Source: Lachnospiraceae bacterium (lineage in GTDB: Bacteria; Bacillota; Clostridia; Lachnospirales; Lachnospiraceae). From it: a stretch of 64,000 nt of DNA. Position numbers and translations under genes: made by a program. The stretch spans positions 12,861 through 76,860 of the forward strand of contig JAFRRM010000003.1 in NCBI GenBank assembly GCA_017428105.1, written 5' to 3'. The notes below the pieces were generated by a model, which had not been told where the DNA came from, made no database searches, and saw only the letters and a list, made by a program, of their open reading frames with translations. This document shows positions 38,047-48,363 of the stretch, piece after piece (the stretch's first letter is position 1; every line of letters starts with the position of its first letter).

Positions 38047-38306
38047 CACTGGCCGAGTTCCGTGGCAATGTAATTATGGAGCAGCACTTCCAGGATCTCG
38101 TCCCGCTCCACCCGGGAGATCTGATAGCGGGCGTCCGCATAGCTGGTGATGTACGTGGGATCCCCGGACAGGATGTAGCCGACGAGCTGGCTCACGGGGT
38201 CGTAGCCCTTCGTCTGAAGGGCTTTGTATACCAGCTTGAGCACGTCCTTGGCATCCGCGTTGGTCATCAGATCACCGAAATTCCTCGTTTGTTTCAGTTC
38301 AGACAT
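38046..38306 (-). CDS. ireB: IreB-family regulatory phosphoprotein (UPF0297)
   Basis: 86 aa with ..VYKALQTKGYDPVSQLVGYILSGDPTYITS.., canonical for this family. Confidence 0.8.
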   Translation of the reverse strand: MSELKQTRNFGDLMTNADAKDVLKLVYKALQTKGYDPVSQLVGYILSGDPTYITSYADARYQISRVERDEILEVLLHNYIATELGQ

Positions 38307-38336
38307 GATGTCCCTCCCGATCTTGCATTCGTTCTG

Positions 38337-39389
38337 TCAGTTGCCTTTATACTTCTTCCAGTAGGTATTCAGCAGTTCGTCACCTTCCTTGCCCAGATAA
38401 TGGAACACGCCGCATTTGTCCAGAAATTCCTGGGGCGGGAAGATGTTTTCGTCTTCCAGATACTCCTTGTCCAGCATCGCGATGGCCGCCGTGTTGGGGA
38501 TCGGGTATCCGAGATAATCGAACGTGGCGACGCCGCTCTCCGGCCGCAGCATGAAATCGATGAACTGTTCGGCCGCGCTGACGTTTTTGGCGTTCTTCGG
38601 AATGACGAAGCAGTCAAACCAGATGTAGGAGCCTTCCTCCGGGATGCAGTAGGCCAGGTCCTTGTTATTGTCCAGGCAGTACAGGTATTCACCGGAATAG
38701 ATCATGGCGATGGCGGCGTTTTCATCCACCATGTCGTCGCGGGCTTCGTCGTTCTTCCAGGCCTGCACGAGCGGCTTCTGCTCCATCAGCAGGTCCACGA
38801 CGCGCTGCAGATCCTGCTCGTTCGTGGTGTTCATGTCGATGCCGAGGATCATCTCTGCGACCATGAAGGTATCGCGCACAGAGTTCATCATCTCGATGCC
38901 GCCTTCTTTATACTCTTCTTTCCACAGGTCTTTCCAGGAGGTGATGCTCCCTTCCGGGATCATTTTGGTATTGTACATGATCCCCATGGTGCCCCAGGTA
39001 TAGGGAACGGCGTATTTGTTGCCCGGATCCGGCACGGCCACCTTGGCCATGACCTCCTGATCCAGGTTCTTGCTGTTCGGGATGCTGCTGAAATCGACCG
39101 GCTGCAGCATGTCGTTGAGGATCATTTTTTCAATGGTGTAATCCGCGGCGATGATCAGGTCGTATTCCGCGCCGCCGGCGACTTTCTCGTACATGTCCTC
39201 GTTCGTGTCGAACGTGTCCTGCTTGATCTTGATGCCGGTCTCCTTCTCGAACTTTTCGATCAAGCCCTCTTCCAGATAGTCTCCGTAATTAAACAGATGC
39301 AGCGTTTTGTCATTCTTCCCCCCGCAGGCGGAAAGGAGCATGGCGGCCGTCAGCAGGACGGCGGCAAGAACAATGCGGTACAGTTTCAA
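38337..39389 (-). CDS. potD: Spermidine/putrescine ABC transporter substrate-binding lipoprotein
   Basis: Lipobox LLSACGG and a PotD-like periplasmic binding fold. TTG start 8 nt after GGAGGTG. Last gene of the potABCD operon. Confidence 0.85.
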   Translation of the reverse strand: MKLYRIVLAAVLLTAAMLLSACGGKNDKTLHLFNYGDYLEEGLIEKFEKETGIKIKQDTFDTNEDMYEKVAGGAEYDLIIAADYTIEKMILNDMLQPVDFSSIPNSKNLDQEVMAKVAVPDPGNKYAVPYTWGTMGIMYNTKMIPEGSITSWKDLWKEEYKEGGIEMMNSVRDTFMVAEMILGIDMNTTNEQDLQRVVDLLMEQKPLVQAWKNDEARDDMVDENAAIAMIYSGEYLYCLDNNKDLAYCIPEEGSYIWFDCFVIPKNAKNVSAAEQFIDFMLRPESGVATFDYLGYPIPNTAAIAMLDKEYLEDENIFPPQEFLDKCGVFHYLGKEGDELLNTYWKKYKGN

Positions 39390-39391
39390 TT

Positions 39392-40189
39392 TCAGACACC
39401 TCCGTTTGTAGATTTATCGGCAGCTGTACGGCCCGTCAGGAACATCCGGACGAGCAGGACCAGCAGGACGAGCAGGAAGATCAGCGTGCTCAGGGCACAC
39501 ATGCTGGTGCGGAGCCCCACTTTCTGCTGGGAATAGATCAGCGTCGAGAGGGTGTTGATCCCCACCGGGCGGGTAAAGTATGTGATGACGAAGTCGTCGA
39601 CCGACATCGTGAAGCTCATCAGGAAGCCGGTCACCACGCCGGGCATGATGTCCGGCAGGACCACCGAGAAAAACGCCTTGAAGGGGCCGGCGCCCAGATC
39701 GCGCGCCGCTTCATAGGCCACGTTTCCGGTCTGCCTGAGCTTCGGCATCACGTTCAGGATCACGTAAGGCAGGCAGAAGCAGATGTGGGCGAACAGGATG
39801 GTCCCCATGCTCAGGCTGATGCCGAACAGCGCGAAGCCCAGCACCAGGCTGATGGCCGTGACGATCTCCGCGTTCACCATCGGGATGTTGGTGAGCTGCA
39901 GGATCACGATGCGCTGCCGGCGGCTGATGGCCATGATTCCCACGCTGGCCGCCACGCCGATCACGGTGGCGATCCCGGCCGCCAGGAGTCCGATCACCAG
40001 GGTGTTGATCAGGGCCTCGATCCACTCTTCCCGGCTGAAGATCTCCCTGAACCATTTCAGCGTGAAGCCGCGCCAGGTGCTGCTGGGCGTTTTGCTGTCG
40101 TTGAAGGACAGGAAGACCAGCGTGAAGATCGGCAGGTAGAGGAACAGGAAGATCAGGCCGATGTACAGGGCCTTGCCGAACTTTTTCAT
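39392..40189 (-). CDS. potC: Spermidine/putrescine ABC transporter permease
   Basis: 6-TM BPD-type permease with an EAARDLGA motif. ATGA overlap with potB. Confidence 0.85.
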   Translation of the reverse strand: MKKFGKALYIGLIFLFLYLPIFTLVFLSFNDSKTPSSTWRGFTLKWFREIFSREEWIEALINTLVIGLLAAGIATVIGVAASVGIMAISRRQRIVILQLTNIPMVNAEIVTAISLVLGFALFGISLSMGTILFAHICFCLPYVILNVMPKLRQTGNVAYEAARDLGAGPFKAFFSVVLPDIMPGVVTGFLMSFTMSVDDFVITYFTRPVGINTLSTLIYSQQKVGLRTSMCALSTLIFLLVLLVLLVRMFLTGRTAADKSTNGGV

Positions 40190-41001
40190 ACCACCGTGCC
40201 CTCCCCGTTCTTATCGAACTTGTTGAGCAGAGCCATGCTGATGAGGATGAAGAACATCATCACCATCGACAGGCCGGAGCCCACGTTGCGGCTGCCGCCG
40301 TGGAGGAATTCCAGTTCGATGACGTTGCCGATCAGCAGGATCTTGTTGCCGCCCAGGATCTCCGAGATGGCGAACGTGGTCATGGCCGGCACGAAGGTCA
40401 TCGTGATGCCGCTGATGATGCCGGGCATGCTCATGGGCAGGATCACGTCCCGGACCACCTTAAACGGGGTGGCGCCGAGGTCGTAGGCCGCTTCCACCAG
40501 CGAATTGTCGATCTTCACCATCACGTTGTAGATGGGGAGGATCATGAAGGGCAGGAAGTCGTAGACCAGGCCCAGGACGACCGCGGAAGGCGTGTTCAGG
40601 ATATCGATCTCCCCCAGGCCGAGCGAGGTGAAGATCACGTTGATGAAGCCGTTCTTCTGCAGAAGGATCTTCCAGGCGATGGTGCGCAGCAGGAAATTCA
40701 TCCACATGGGCAGGATCAGCATGAAGATGATGAAGCCCTTCTTTCCGCCGCTCCTGCGCAGCATCAGTCCCAGCGGGAACGCCAGCAGGAGGCAGATCAC
40801 GGTGCAGATCAGGGCCAGGAGCAGCGAAAGCCACAGCGCCTTCCGATGCACGGGATCGGCGATGGAGGCCAGATTGGCGAACGTCAGGTTCCCGTCCTTA
40901 TCCACCAGCGCGTAATACAGCACGGCCAGCAGCGGGATGATTGTCCCGCAGAGAATGAAGAGGATATAGGGCGATGCCAGGAATTTTCTTTTGTCAGACA
41001 T
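40186..41001 (-). CDS. potB: Spermidine/putrescine ABC transporter permease
   Basis: 6-TM permease with an EAAYDLGATP EAA loop. It overlaps the potA end. Confidence 0.85.
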   Translation of the reverse strand: MSDKRKFLASPYILFILCGTIIPLLAVLYYALVDKDGNLTFANLASIADPVHRKALWLSLLLALICTVICLLLAFPLGLMLRRSGGKKGFIIFMLILPMWMNFLLRTIAWKILLQKNGFINVIFTSLGLGEIDILNTPSAVVLGLVYDFLPFMILPIYNVMVKIDNSLVEAAYDLGATPFKVVRDVILPMSMPGIISGITMTFVPAMTTFAISEILGGNKILLIGNVIELEFLHGGSRNVGSGLSMVMMFFILISMALLNKFDKNGEGTVV

Positions 41002-42064
41002 CTAATACAATGGCCTCCTCGTCCTCGGATTCCGGCTTGTTCATGATCTGGATGTTGGCCGGATCCACCCGAAGGCTGACTTCCCGGCCGACCGGCTGCA
41101 TGACGGTGCTCTGCACCAGCCATTCGAATCCGCCGGCCATCACTTCCATTTCGTAATGAACGCCCTGGAAGATCAGGTGCGTGACGACGCCGTCCATCTG
41201 GCCGCGGCCCGGCTCGTCCAGGACCACGTCCTCCGGCCGGATCACGACGTCGACCGGCCGGTTCGTGCCGAAACCTTCGTCCACGCAGGGGAAGTTCACG
41301 CCGCAGATCCGCACCAGGCGGTCCTTCAGCATGACGCCGTCGATGATGTTGCTGTCGCCGATGAACGTGGCCACGAAGGCGTTCTCCGGCTCGTTGTAAA
41401 TGCTTTCGGGCGTCCCCATCTGCTGGATGTAGCCCTGGTTCATTACCACGACGGTGTCCGACATCGTCAGCGCTTCTTCCTGGTCGTGCGTCACATAGAC
41501 GAAGGTGATGCCCAGTTCGTTCTTCAGGCGGATCAGTTCATACTGCATGTCCTGCCGGAGCTTTAAGTCCAGCGCACCGAGCGGTTCGTCCAGCAGCAGG
41601 ACCTTCGGCTCGTTCACGATGGCGCGGGCAATGGCGATCCGCTGCTGCTGGCCGCCGGACAGCTGGGTCACGTCGCGCTTGCCGTAGCCGTCCATGTTCA
41701 CCAGTTTCAGGGCATAGTTGATCTTGTCCTGGATGTAATCCCGGCTCTTGCCGCTGATCTTCAGGCCGTAGGCGATGTTTTCGCTCACGTTCATGTGCGG
41801 GAACAGGGCGTATTTCTGGAACACCGTGTTCAGGTGCCGCTTATTCGGGGGGAGGTTCGTGATGTCCCTGCCTTCGAACAGGACCACGCCGCTGTCCGGG
41901 CGGATGAAGCCGCCGATGATGCGGAGCGTGGTGGTCTTTCCGCAGCCCGAAGGCCCCAGAAGCGTCATAAAGGTATTCTCCCGGATCTCCAGATCGAGTT
42001 CGTCCAGGACCAGTTCATTATCGAAAGATTTGGATACCTTCTGCAGTTCCAGGATATTTGCCAT
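40994..42064 (-). CDS. potA: Spermidine/putrescine ABC transporter ATP-binding protein
   Basis: Walker A GPSGCGKTT, signature LSGGQQQR, Walker B LLLDEP and a TOBE-like C-terminus. ATG 42064 is preceded by AGGAGG. Confidence 0.9.
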   Translation of the reverse strand: MANILELQKVSKSFDNELVLDELDLEIRENTFMTLLGPSGCGKTTTLRIIGGFIRPDSGVVLFEGRDITNLPPNKRHLNTVFQKYALFPHMNVSENIAYGLKISGKSRDYIQDKINYALKLVNMDGYGKRDVTQLSGGQQQRIAIARAIVNEPKVLLLDEPLGALDLKLRQDMQYELIRLKNELGITFVYVTHDQEEALTMSDTVVVMNQGYIQQMGTPESIYNEPENAFVATFIGDSNIIDGVMLKDRLVRICGVNFPCVDEGFGTNRPVDVVIRPEDVVLDEPGRGQMDGVVTHLIFQGVHYEMEVMAGGFEWLVQSTVMQPVGREVSLRVDPANIQIMNKPESEDEEAIVLDV

Positions 42065-42101
42065 TGTCGCCTCCTGTATCTTTCCCAAAGATGCGGCAGA
42101 T

Positions 42102-42110
42102 ATTATACCA
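42102..42110 (-). promoter_or_regulatory. Extended -10 element, candidate pot operon promoter
   Basis: The minus strand reads TGGTATAAT about 40 nt upstream of the potA ATG. The -35 region is weak. Confidence 0.35.
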
Positions 42111-42150
42111 CATATACCATGCTTTTTTCGCGGTTTTACGGAAAAAACTT

Positions 42151-42954
42151 TTATCGGCCGTCAAAGACCATCGGTTCGGAGAATCCGGTCCACGGCGCGG
42201 CGCTCAGACGGATCTTCTCGCCGCCCGGAACGTGCTTCAGGGCTCTTTCCACCGTGTCCAGAGCCAGCTCCGGGACGTTGTTCACTTTGCTGAGATGGCC
42301 CAGCATGACCTGGCGCAGACGGGGGTTCACCAGCTGCTCCAGGAAGAGCCCCGCGTCCTCGTTCGACAGATGGCCTTCTGGACCGTCGATCCGCCGTTTC
42401 AGCGGATACGGATAGGGCCCGGCCTCCAGCATGCGGCGGTTGTGATTGGCTTCCAGCACCATGGCGCTGAGCCCCTGCAGCGACTCCGTGAGTTCCCGGC
42501 CGTAGCAGCCCAGGTCCGTCACGCAGGCGAAAGCGAAATCCCCGGCCTCCAGACGGTACGCCACGGGTTCCCGCGTATCGTGTCTGACCGGCAGCGACTT
42601 CACCCGGATCCGGCCCAGTTCGAACGAATCGCCGGCGCGGAACAGGTGAAAACGCTCCTTGGGAAGCCGCGCGAAAAACGCATGGCGCGCCAGGCCTTCG
42701 AACGTGCCGCGGGTGGTGTAGACCGGAAGATCCGTGCTTTTCATCAGCTGCGGCAGTCCCTTGCAGTGATCGATGTGCTCGTGTGTCAGAAGCAGCGCCT
42801 GCAGGGAATCCGGGGCGATGCCCTCTTCCGCGAGCATCTGCAGGATGGCCTTCCCGGACAGGCCCGCGTCGATCAGCAGCCGGAACCCGTCGAATTCCGC
42901 CAGCAAGACGTTGGCTTCGCTTCCGCTGGCCAGGGTACGGATGCGGATGCTCAT
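42151..42954 (-). CDS. MBL-fold metallo-hydrolase
   Basis: LLTHEHIDHCKG motif. ATG 42954 overlaps the coaE stop. Confidence 0.75.
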   Translation of the reverse strand: MSIRIRTLASGSEANVLLAEFDGFRLLIDAGLSGKAILQMLAEEGIAPDSLQALLLTHEHIDHCKGLPQLMKSTDLPVYTTRGTFEGLARHAFFARLPKERFHLFRAGDSFELGRIRVKSLPVRHDTREPVAYRLEAGDFAFACVTDLGCYGRELTESLQGLSAMVLEANHNRRMLEAGPYPYPLKRRIDGPEGHLSNEDAGLFLEQLVNPRLRQVMLGHLSKVNNVPELALDTVERALKHVPGGEKIRLSAAPWTGFSEPMVFDGR

Positions 42955-43574
42955 GACTTCGCTTCCCATCCCCAGGCTGTCATCAGGTCCCGGAGCGACG
43001 CCCGGCAGGATTCCCTGTCGCCGTCGTTGCTGACCGCGCCGTCCGCCATCCGGTAAAAATCCTCTTCGGACAGCTGGGTCCGCATGATGGCGGAGACCTT
43101 TTCGTCCGAATAGCCGCGGGCGGCCTTCAGACGTTCCCGGCGCACGGCCGCTGAAGCATGCACGTACAGGACCTTGTCGCAGAGTTCGGAGAACCGGGCT
43201 TCGTACGGGAGGGCGGATTCGTACACGATAAGCGTTTTCCGCGTGTTCCGGATGCGTCTTGCCGCCGCCTCGAACGTGGCCGGATGCAGGATCCGGTTGA
43301 CGGCGGCGCGCTTGGCGGGGTCCTCGAAGATCATCTGCGCCATGCGCTTTTTGTCGATCTCCCCGGAGGGCAGAAGGACTTCCTGTCCCAGAAGTCCGAC
43401 GATCGCGCCATAGGCGGGGCCGCCCGGTTCCATCAGCTTTTTGCAGATGGCATCGGCTTCCAGGATCAGCGCGCCGTATTCCTTTTTCAGCAGTCCGGTC
43501 ACGGTGCTCTTGCCCGCGCCCACGCCGCCGGTCAGGCCGATGACCGTTTTGTTTTTCCGTGAAGATCCGCTCAA
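42951..43574 (-). CDS. coaE: Dephospho-CoA kinase
   Basis: IGLTGGVGAGKST P-loop at the N-terminus, about 200 aa, TTG start after GGAGAGAGG. Confidence 0.85.
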   Translation of the reverse strand: MSGSSRKNKTVIGLTGGVGAGKSTVTGLLKKEYGALILEADAICKKLMEPGGPAYGAIVGLLGQEVLLPSGEIDKKRMAQMIFEDPAKRAAVNRILHPATFEAAARRIRNTRKTLIVYESALPYEARFSELCDKVLYVHASAAVRRERLKAARGYSDEKVSAIMRTQLSEEDFYRMADGAVSNDGDRESCRASLRDLMTAWGWEAKS

Positions 43575-43587
43575 GGCCGCCTCTCTC

Positions 43588-45084
43588 CTACCAGTTGATC
43601 TGTTTCGCCAGTTCCTCGTCCGTGGTCACCGGCGTCTTCTTCTCCTGCGCGCCCATCAGCGCTTCGTAATCCCGCGTCAGCAGGCCGTTCGTCACGGCGG
43701 TCTCCCAGCTGACGTTCTTCTGAACGAAATACATCATGTGGGAGCCGAAATCCGTGTCCACGATGCCGTGGTCGCCCGGCTTGCGCGCTTCGTCGAAGCA
43801 CCAGTCGTTGAACGTCTGGACCATCTGGCCCGGATAGACGTCTGTATAGATCCCGCCGTCGGCCGCATTGCCGTCCGCCGAATACTGGGCGCACAATTCG
43901 ATGAATCTGTCCTCGGAAGCGCCGGCTTCGACCCATTCCCCGTAGATCTTGTCCGCCATCGCTCGGGCTTCTTCCGCCGTCGCGTACGGCGTGCCCGTCT
44001 TGAACAGGATGTGGCGGACGTCGACCGTTACAGACGTGTCCTTGTACGGCTTCCGGATCAGACAGTACGCGTAAGGCGCCTTGGTCTGCTCGTTTTCGAT
44101 CAGGAGGATATCCCCCTCCTTCGTGCCGTCCGCGAAAGCCCAGTCGTATAATTCGGATTCCGTATAGGAAATGCCCGTGCGGACCGCGGACTTCAGATAG
44201 TTGTCCGTATACGGACCGATCCCGCCGGCGGCTTCGATGTCCGCCGGAGCTTTCACGGCCAGCAGGAAGTTCTGCACGGCCTGGCGGTATACGTCAGTTC
44301 CGCTTGCGGAACCCAGCGCGGCGCGGGCGGCATCCACGACTTCGTCCGGGATGGCTTCCCCGTCGCCCAGGTTGACCGCGTAGTAATCCACGATCGAGTA
44401 TTTCTTCAGATTCGACTGATACTCCTGTTCCAGTTCCTCCGCCGTGAACTCGGTGGCCAGCAGCTCCTTGCGGATCTTATCGGACAGGAATCCTTTCCGG
44501 AACACGCCTTCCAGGTCCTTCCAGCGGATATTCGTGCCGAACATCTGCTGGAAATAGGTCTCGACGTCCCATCCCACTTTGGCGGCGTTCGTTTCCGCCA
44601 CGCTCTTCATGTCTTTGAGCTCGTCCAGGTCCTCCTGACCGATCTGATAGCCTCTTTCCAGTGCGGCTTCGCAGTAAAGCAGCTGTTCTTCCGCATAAGA
44701 GAGGGATTCTTCGATCACGACGTCGAACCAGGTCCTGTCCGCGGCTCCCGGAAACGCCTGTTCCTTCAGAGAGACCGAAACGTCGACCCCGTAGGCGGAA
44801 AGACTGGATGAAATGCTGGACAGCAGATAAAGCAGTTCTCCGGCGGTGAAACTGAAATGCTCCGTCTTGACGAGTTCGGCGTCCAGATCCATCGTCTGCA
44901 CGAAAGACAGCGCGGCGGTCGTCTGGGGCGTGACCGCTTCGCCGGACGCGGAGGTCGCCGGGGCGGCCGTGGTGGGGGCGGCGGTTCCGGACGCGGCGGT
45001 GGCGTCTTTCGTTCCGCCTCCGCAGGCCGTGAGCATCAGGACAAGCGCCAGCAGCAGGGCCGGCGCGGCTTTGCGAAAGTTCAT
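43588..45084 (-). CDS. PrsA/SurA-like peptidyl-prolyl isomerase lipoprotein
   Basis: Signal peptide with lipobox LTACGG and a parvulin-type block (VDVRHILFKTG..FIELCAQYSADG..GGIYTDVYPGQMVQTFNDW). ATG 45084 is 6 nt after the rpoD stop. Confidence 0.7.
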   Translation of the reverse strand: MNFRKAAPALLLALVLMLTACGGGTKDATAASGTAAPTTAAPATSASGEAVTPQTTAALSFVQTMDLDAELVKTEHFSFTAGELLYLLSSISSSLSAYGVDVSVSLKEQAFPGAADRTWFDVVIEESLSYAEEQLLYCEAALERGYQIGQEDLDELKDMKSVAETNAAKVGWDVETYFQQMFGTNIRWKDLEGVFRKGFLSDKIRKELLATEFTAEELEQEYQSNLKKYSIVDYYAVNLGDGEAIPDEVVDAARAALGSASGTDVYRQAVQNFLLAVKAPADIEAAGGIGPYTDNYLKSAVRTGISYTESELYDWAFADGTKEGDILLIENEQTKAPYAYCLIRKPYKDTSVTVDVRHILFKTGTPYATAEEARAMADKIYGEWVEAGASEDRFIELCAQYSADGNAADGGIYTDVYPGQMVQTFNDWCFDEARKPGDHGIVDTDFGSHMMYFVQKNVSWETAVTNGLLTRDYEALMGAQEKKTPVTTDEELAKQINW

Positions 45085-45090
45085 AAACAA

Positions 45091-46221
45091 TTACTCCAGA
45101 AAATCTTTGATCTTGCGGCTGCGGACGGGATTGCGCAGTTTGCGGATGGCCTTCGCTTCGATCTGGCGGATGCGTTCGCGCGTCACGTCGAATTCGCGGC
45201 CGACTTCCTCCAGCGTGCGGGGATGGTTGTCGCCCAGGCCGAAGCGGCGCATGATGACCTGCTTCTCGCGGTCCTTCAGATCGTCCAGGATGGCGTAGAT
45301 CTGCTCGCGCAGCATGACCGCCTCGATGTTCTCCTCCGGTGTCACGCCGTTATAGTCCGCCACGAAATCGCCCAGGTTGGAATCGTCTTCCTCGCCGATG
45401 GGCGTCTCCAGGCTCGCAGGTTCGCGCGCGATCTGCATGATCTCCATGACGCGCTCCTGGCTGATCTCCATGGCTTCCGCAAGTTCCGCGATGCTGGGCT
45501 CGTAGCCCAGTTCCAGCGTCAGCTTGCGCTGCGTCTTCGTCAGTTTATTGATGGTCTCCACCATGTGCACCGGGACGCGGATGGTCCTGGCCTGGTCGGC
45601 CAGCGCGCGCGTGACGGACTGGCGGATCCACCAGGTCGCGTAGGTGGACAGCTTGTATCCCTTGGTGTAATCGAACTTTTCCACGCCCTTCATCAGGCCC
45701 AGATTGCCCTCCTGGACCAGGTCCAGGAAGCCCAGCCCGCGGCCCGTATAGCGCTTCGCGATGCTGACCACCAGACGCAGGTTCGCTTCGATCAGGCGGT
45801 TCTTCGCCTCTTCGTCGCCCTGGGACTTTTTGATGGCGAGATCCAGCTCCTCTTCCGCGGTCAGCAGAGGGAACTGTCCGATCTCCTTTAAGTACATGCG
45901 GACGTGGTCCTCCGTCCCGGCCGAAGCCAGGTACTCCGCGTTGTCCACTTCCAGCGTCTCCGCCTCATCCTCTTCCGTGGGGACGAAGTCTTCGTCCACG
46001 TCCACGGGGATCAGGTTTTCCAGGCTCATGTCGTCCGTCATGGCCCGCATGACGTCGATCTTCTTGGCCTCCAGCCGGTTGTAGATCTCTTCCAGATCCG
46101 TGGGCGTTAAGAACGCGTCGCCGAATACGGCCTGGATGTCGGCGTATTCCACCATGTTATTCTTGGCGCGCGCCACCTCGATCAGTTTCTCGATCAGGCT
46201 GTTGAACTGTTCATGTTCCAT
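45091..46221 (-). CDS. rpoD: Primary RNA polymerase sigma factor (SigA/RpoD)
   Basis: Regions 1.2-4.2 are all present ([62 protein letters not shown]). ATG 46221 is preceded by GGGAGG. Confidence 0.95.
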   Translation of the reverse strand: MEHEQFNSLIEKLIEVARAKNNMVEYADIQAVFGDAFLTPTDLEEIYNRLEAKKIDVMRAMTDDMSLENLIPVDVDEDFVPTEEDEAETLEVDNAEYLASAGTEDHVRMYLKEIGQFPLLTAEEELDLAIKKSQGDEEAKNRLIEANLRLVVSIAKRYTGRGLGFLDLVQEGNLGLMKGVEKFDYTKGYKLSTYATWWIRQSVTRALADQARTIRVPVHMVETINKLTKTQRKLTLELGYEPSIAELAEAMEISQERVMEIMQIAREPASLETPIGEEDDSNLGDFVADYNGVTPEENIEAVMLREQIYAILDDLKDREKQVIMRRFGLGDNHPRTLEEVGREFDVTRERIRQIEAKAIRKLRNPVRSRKIKDFLE

Positions 46222-47158
46222 ATTGATCCTCCCGCTCATGAGAAAGCGTTCCGGCCGTAGTTCCGTCATTCACGCACGCAGGCCGGACCCGTGCGTAGAA
46301 CAGATAAAAGGCGATCACGAACAACAGCATCATCCCGCCGGTGACCAGCAGGAAAGCGGTCTCGTTTCCCTTGAGATAAAGCGACTGAAGGCCTTCCAGT
46401 TCCGTCAGCAAGACCGAGACCAGGTTTGCGCCCACATGCACGAAGACGGGAGCCAGCAAACTATGGGTCCTCTCATATACGAAGGCCAGCAGCACACCTA
46501 TGGCAAAGGAATAGATCCCCTGAAGCAGGTTGCCGTGAAAAATGGCGAATAAAAGCGCCGAAAGCACCATGGCCGGCACCGCGTCCACCGCCCAGCGGAG
46601 ACGCCGGAAAATGAGGCCGCGGAAGATCAGTTCTTCTGCGACGGGCGTCAGGAGGCCCACCGCGACGAGTTCGAGCGCCATGCTGCCCTGATACAGGATG
46701 CTGGCCGAACTCTCATAATCATCCGCCAGCAGGCCGTAAACGCCGCTGTACATCAGGACGTGATTGAGGACGACACAGGCGGAAACGCCGCAAAGGAAGC
46801 ACAGGGCATAGCCCCACGGCCTGCTCTTCTCCCATACTTGTGCCGTAAATCCCTCGAGCACCTCTTTTTTCCGGTCCCGGAGGATGAAAAAGAGGAGCAG
46901 CGGGATCGTGATCAGGCAGATCACGACCGAGAGCGGCAGATAATACTGATAGACCTGCTCGCTCAGCCGCAGGGAATGATCCGTAAGACTGCCGGCCGTC
47001 GCGACGAAGTTCGGGTCCCGCATCATCATGACATACGCAAACACAAAGGTCACCAGCATGCTGACGCCCTGATAGATCATCCAAGGATATACGAGTCCCC
47101 AGACCCTTTGCAGATACGGGATGTTCAAGCGCTCCTGGCGGCCTGCCCAGCGAATCAT
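46211..47158 (-). CDS. CPBP-family intramembrane glutamic endopeptidase (CAAX protease-like)
   Basis: Polytopic protein with [12 protein letters not shown] (motif 1), FAIFH (motif 2) and a later H. ATG 47158 follows GGAG. Its last 11 nt overlap the rpoD start. Confidence 0.8.
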   Translation of the reverse strand: MIRWAGRQERLNIPYLQRVWGLVYPWMIYQGVSMLVTFVFAYVMMMRDPNFVATAGSLTDHSLRLSEQVYQYYLPLSVVICLITIPLLLFFILRDRKKEVLEGFTAQVWEKSRPWGYALCFLCGVSACVVLNHVLMYSGVYGLLADDYESSASILYQGSMALELVAVGLLTPVAEELIFRGLIFRRLRWAVDAVPAMVLSALLFAIFHGNLLQGIYSFAIGVLLAFVYERTHSLLAPVFVHVGANLVSVLLTELEGLQSLYLKGNETAFLLVTGGMMLLFVIAFYLFYARVRPACVNDGTTAGTLSHEREDQYGT

Positions 47159-47186
47159 CTGATCTCCTTTTTTCACGCCAAATAAT

Positions 47187-47204
47187 ATATCTGCGCACAG
47201 ATAT
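47187..47204. promoter_or_regulatory. 7-4-7 inverted repeat in the leader of the CPBP-rpoD transcription unit
   Basis: ATATCTG-CGCA-CAGATAT sits between the predicted promoter (47214-47242) and the CPBP start. No known factor is assigned. Confidence 0.3.
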
Positions 47205-47213
47205 ACAGAGTAG

Positions 47214-47242
47214 AATATATCACAATCGGACACTGTCTGCAA
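47214..47242 (-). promoter_or_regulatory. Candidate sigma-A promoter for the CPBP-rpoD unit
   Basis: Minus strand: TTGCAG, 17-nt spacer, TGaTATATT. Confidence 0.45.
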
Positions 47243-47302
47243 GCATTTCACAGCATTTTTCAGAATATATTTACAATTTTGCTGAAAATTAACGGATTTT
47301 CG

Positions 47303-47339
47303 GGGGAAAGAAAAGCCCTGCCGGGGCCGGCAGGGCTTT
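47303..47339 (-). terminator. Intrinsic terminator of galE
   Basis: GCCCTGCCGG / CCGGCAGGGC stem, 2-nt loop, followed on the minus strand by TTTTCTTTCC. Confidence 0.65.
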
Positions 47340-47358
47340 GAAACGGGACGAAACCGCT

Positions 47359-48363
47359 TTACAGCAGTCCTTTTTCAAAGCGCCAGGCGTCCCGGCACAT
47401 GTCTTCGATGTTTTTCTCCGCTTTCCAGTGCAGAACCGTTTCCGCCTTGCCCGTTTCCGCGTAGCTGAAGGCCAGGTCGCCGGGGCGGCGCGGCGCAATG
47501 ACGAACGGGATGGTCAGGCCGTTGGCCTTTTCGAAGGCGCGGATCATTTCCATCACGCTGGTGCCCTTTCCGGTCCCCAGGTTAAAGATCTCCGTGCCCG
47601 TGTGTTTTTCGGCGTAGTTCAGGGCGGCGACGTGGCCCCTGGCAAGGTCCACGACGTGGATATAGTCGCGCACGCCGGTCCCGTCGGGGGTCTCGTAATC
47701 ATCCCCGAACACGTTCAGATGATCGCGTTTGCCCGCGGCCACCTGCGTGATGAACGGCATCAGATTGTTAGGGATCCCGCCCGGCTTCTCTCCGATGAGT
47801 GCGCTTTCATGCGCGCCGACCGGGTTGAAATACCGCAGAAGGACTACGGAAAGCTGTTCATCGGCCCGGGCCGCGTCCTGCAGGATCTTCTCGATCATGA
47901 ATTTGGTCCAGCCGTAGGGATTGCTGCATCCCCCGACCGGCGAATCTTCGCGGAACGGACACGGCGAGAGGGCGCCGTAGACGGTGGAGGAAGAACTGAA
48001 GATGATGCGGTGACAGCCGAACCGCGCCATCGTTTCCAGCAGCGTCAGGCTGGTGTCCAGGTTGTTGCGGTAGTACATGAGCGGTTTGGCCACGGATTCG
48101 CCCACGGCCTTATAACCGGCGAAATGGATGACCGCTTCGACGGATTCTTTCTCAAATAACGCGGCAAGCGCTCCCCGGTCGGCCACGTCGATCTCATAGA
48201 AGGCCGGCCGCTTCCCGGTGATCTTCTCGATGCGGTCCACGATGTCGCGGCTGCTGTTGGACAAATTATCGGCGATGACCACCTCGTGTCCCTTCTCCAA
48301 CAGTTCCACGGCCGTATGGGAGCCGATGAAGCCGGTCCCGCCCGTCAGTAAGACTTTACTCAT
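47359..48363 (-). CDS. galE: UDP-glucose 4-epimerase
   Basis: GGTGFIGSH Rossmann motif, YGWTK (YxxxK) catalytic motif, 334 aa. Confidence 0.95.
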   Translation of the reverse strand: MSKVLLTGGTGFIGSHTAVELLEKGHEVVIADNLSNSSRDIVDRIEKITGKRPAFYEIDVADRGALAALFEKESVEAVIHFAGYKAVGESVAKPLMYYRNNLDTSLTLLETMARFGCHRIIFSSSSTVYGALSPCPFREDSPVGGCSNPYGWTKFMIEKILQDAARADEQLSVVLLRYFNPVGAHESALIGEKPGGIPNNLMPFITQVAAGKRDHLNVFGDDYETPDGTGVRDYIHVVDLARGHVAALNYAEKHTGTEIFNLGTGKGTSVMEMIRAFEKANGLTIPFVIAPRRPGDLAFSYAETGKAETVLHWKAEKNIEDMCRDAWRFEKGLL

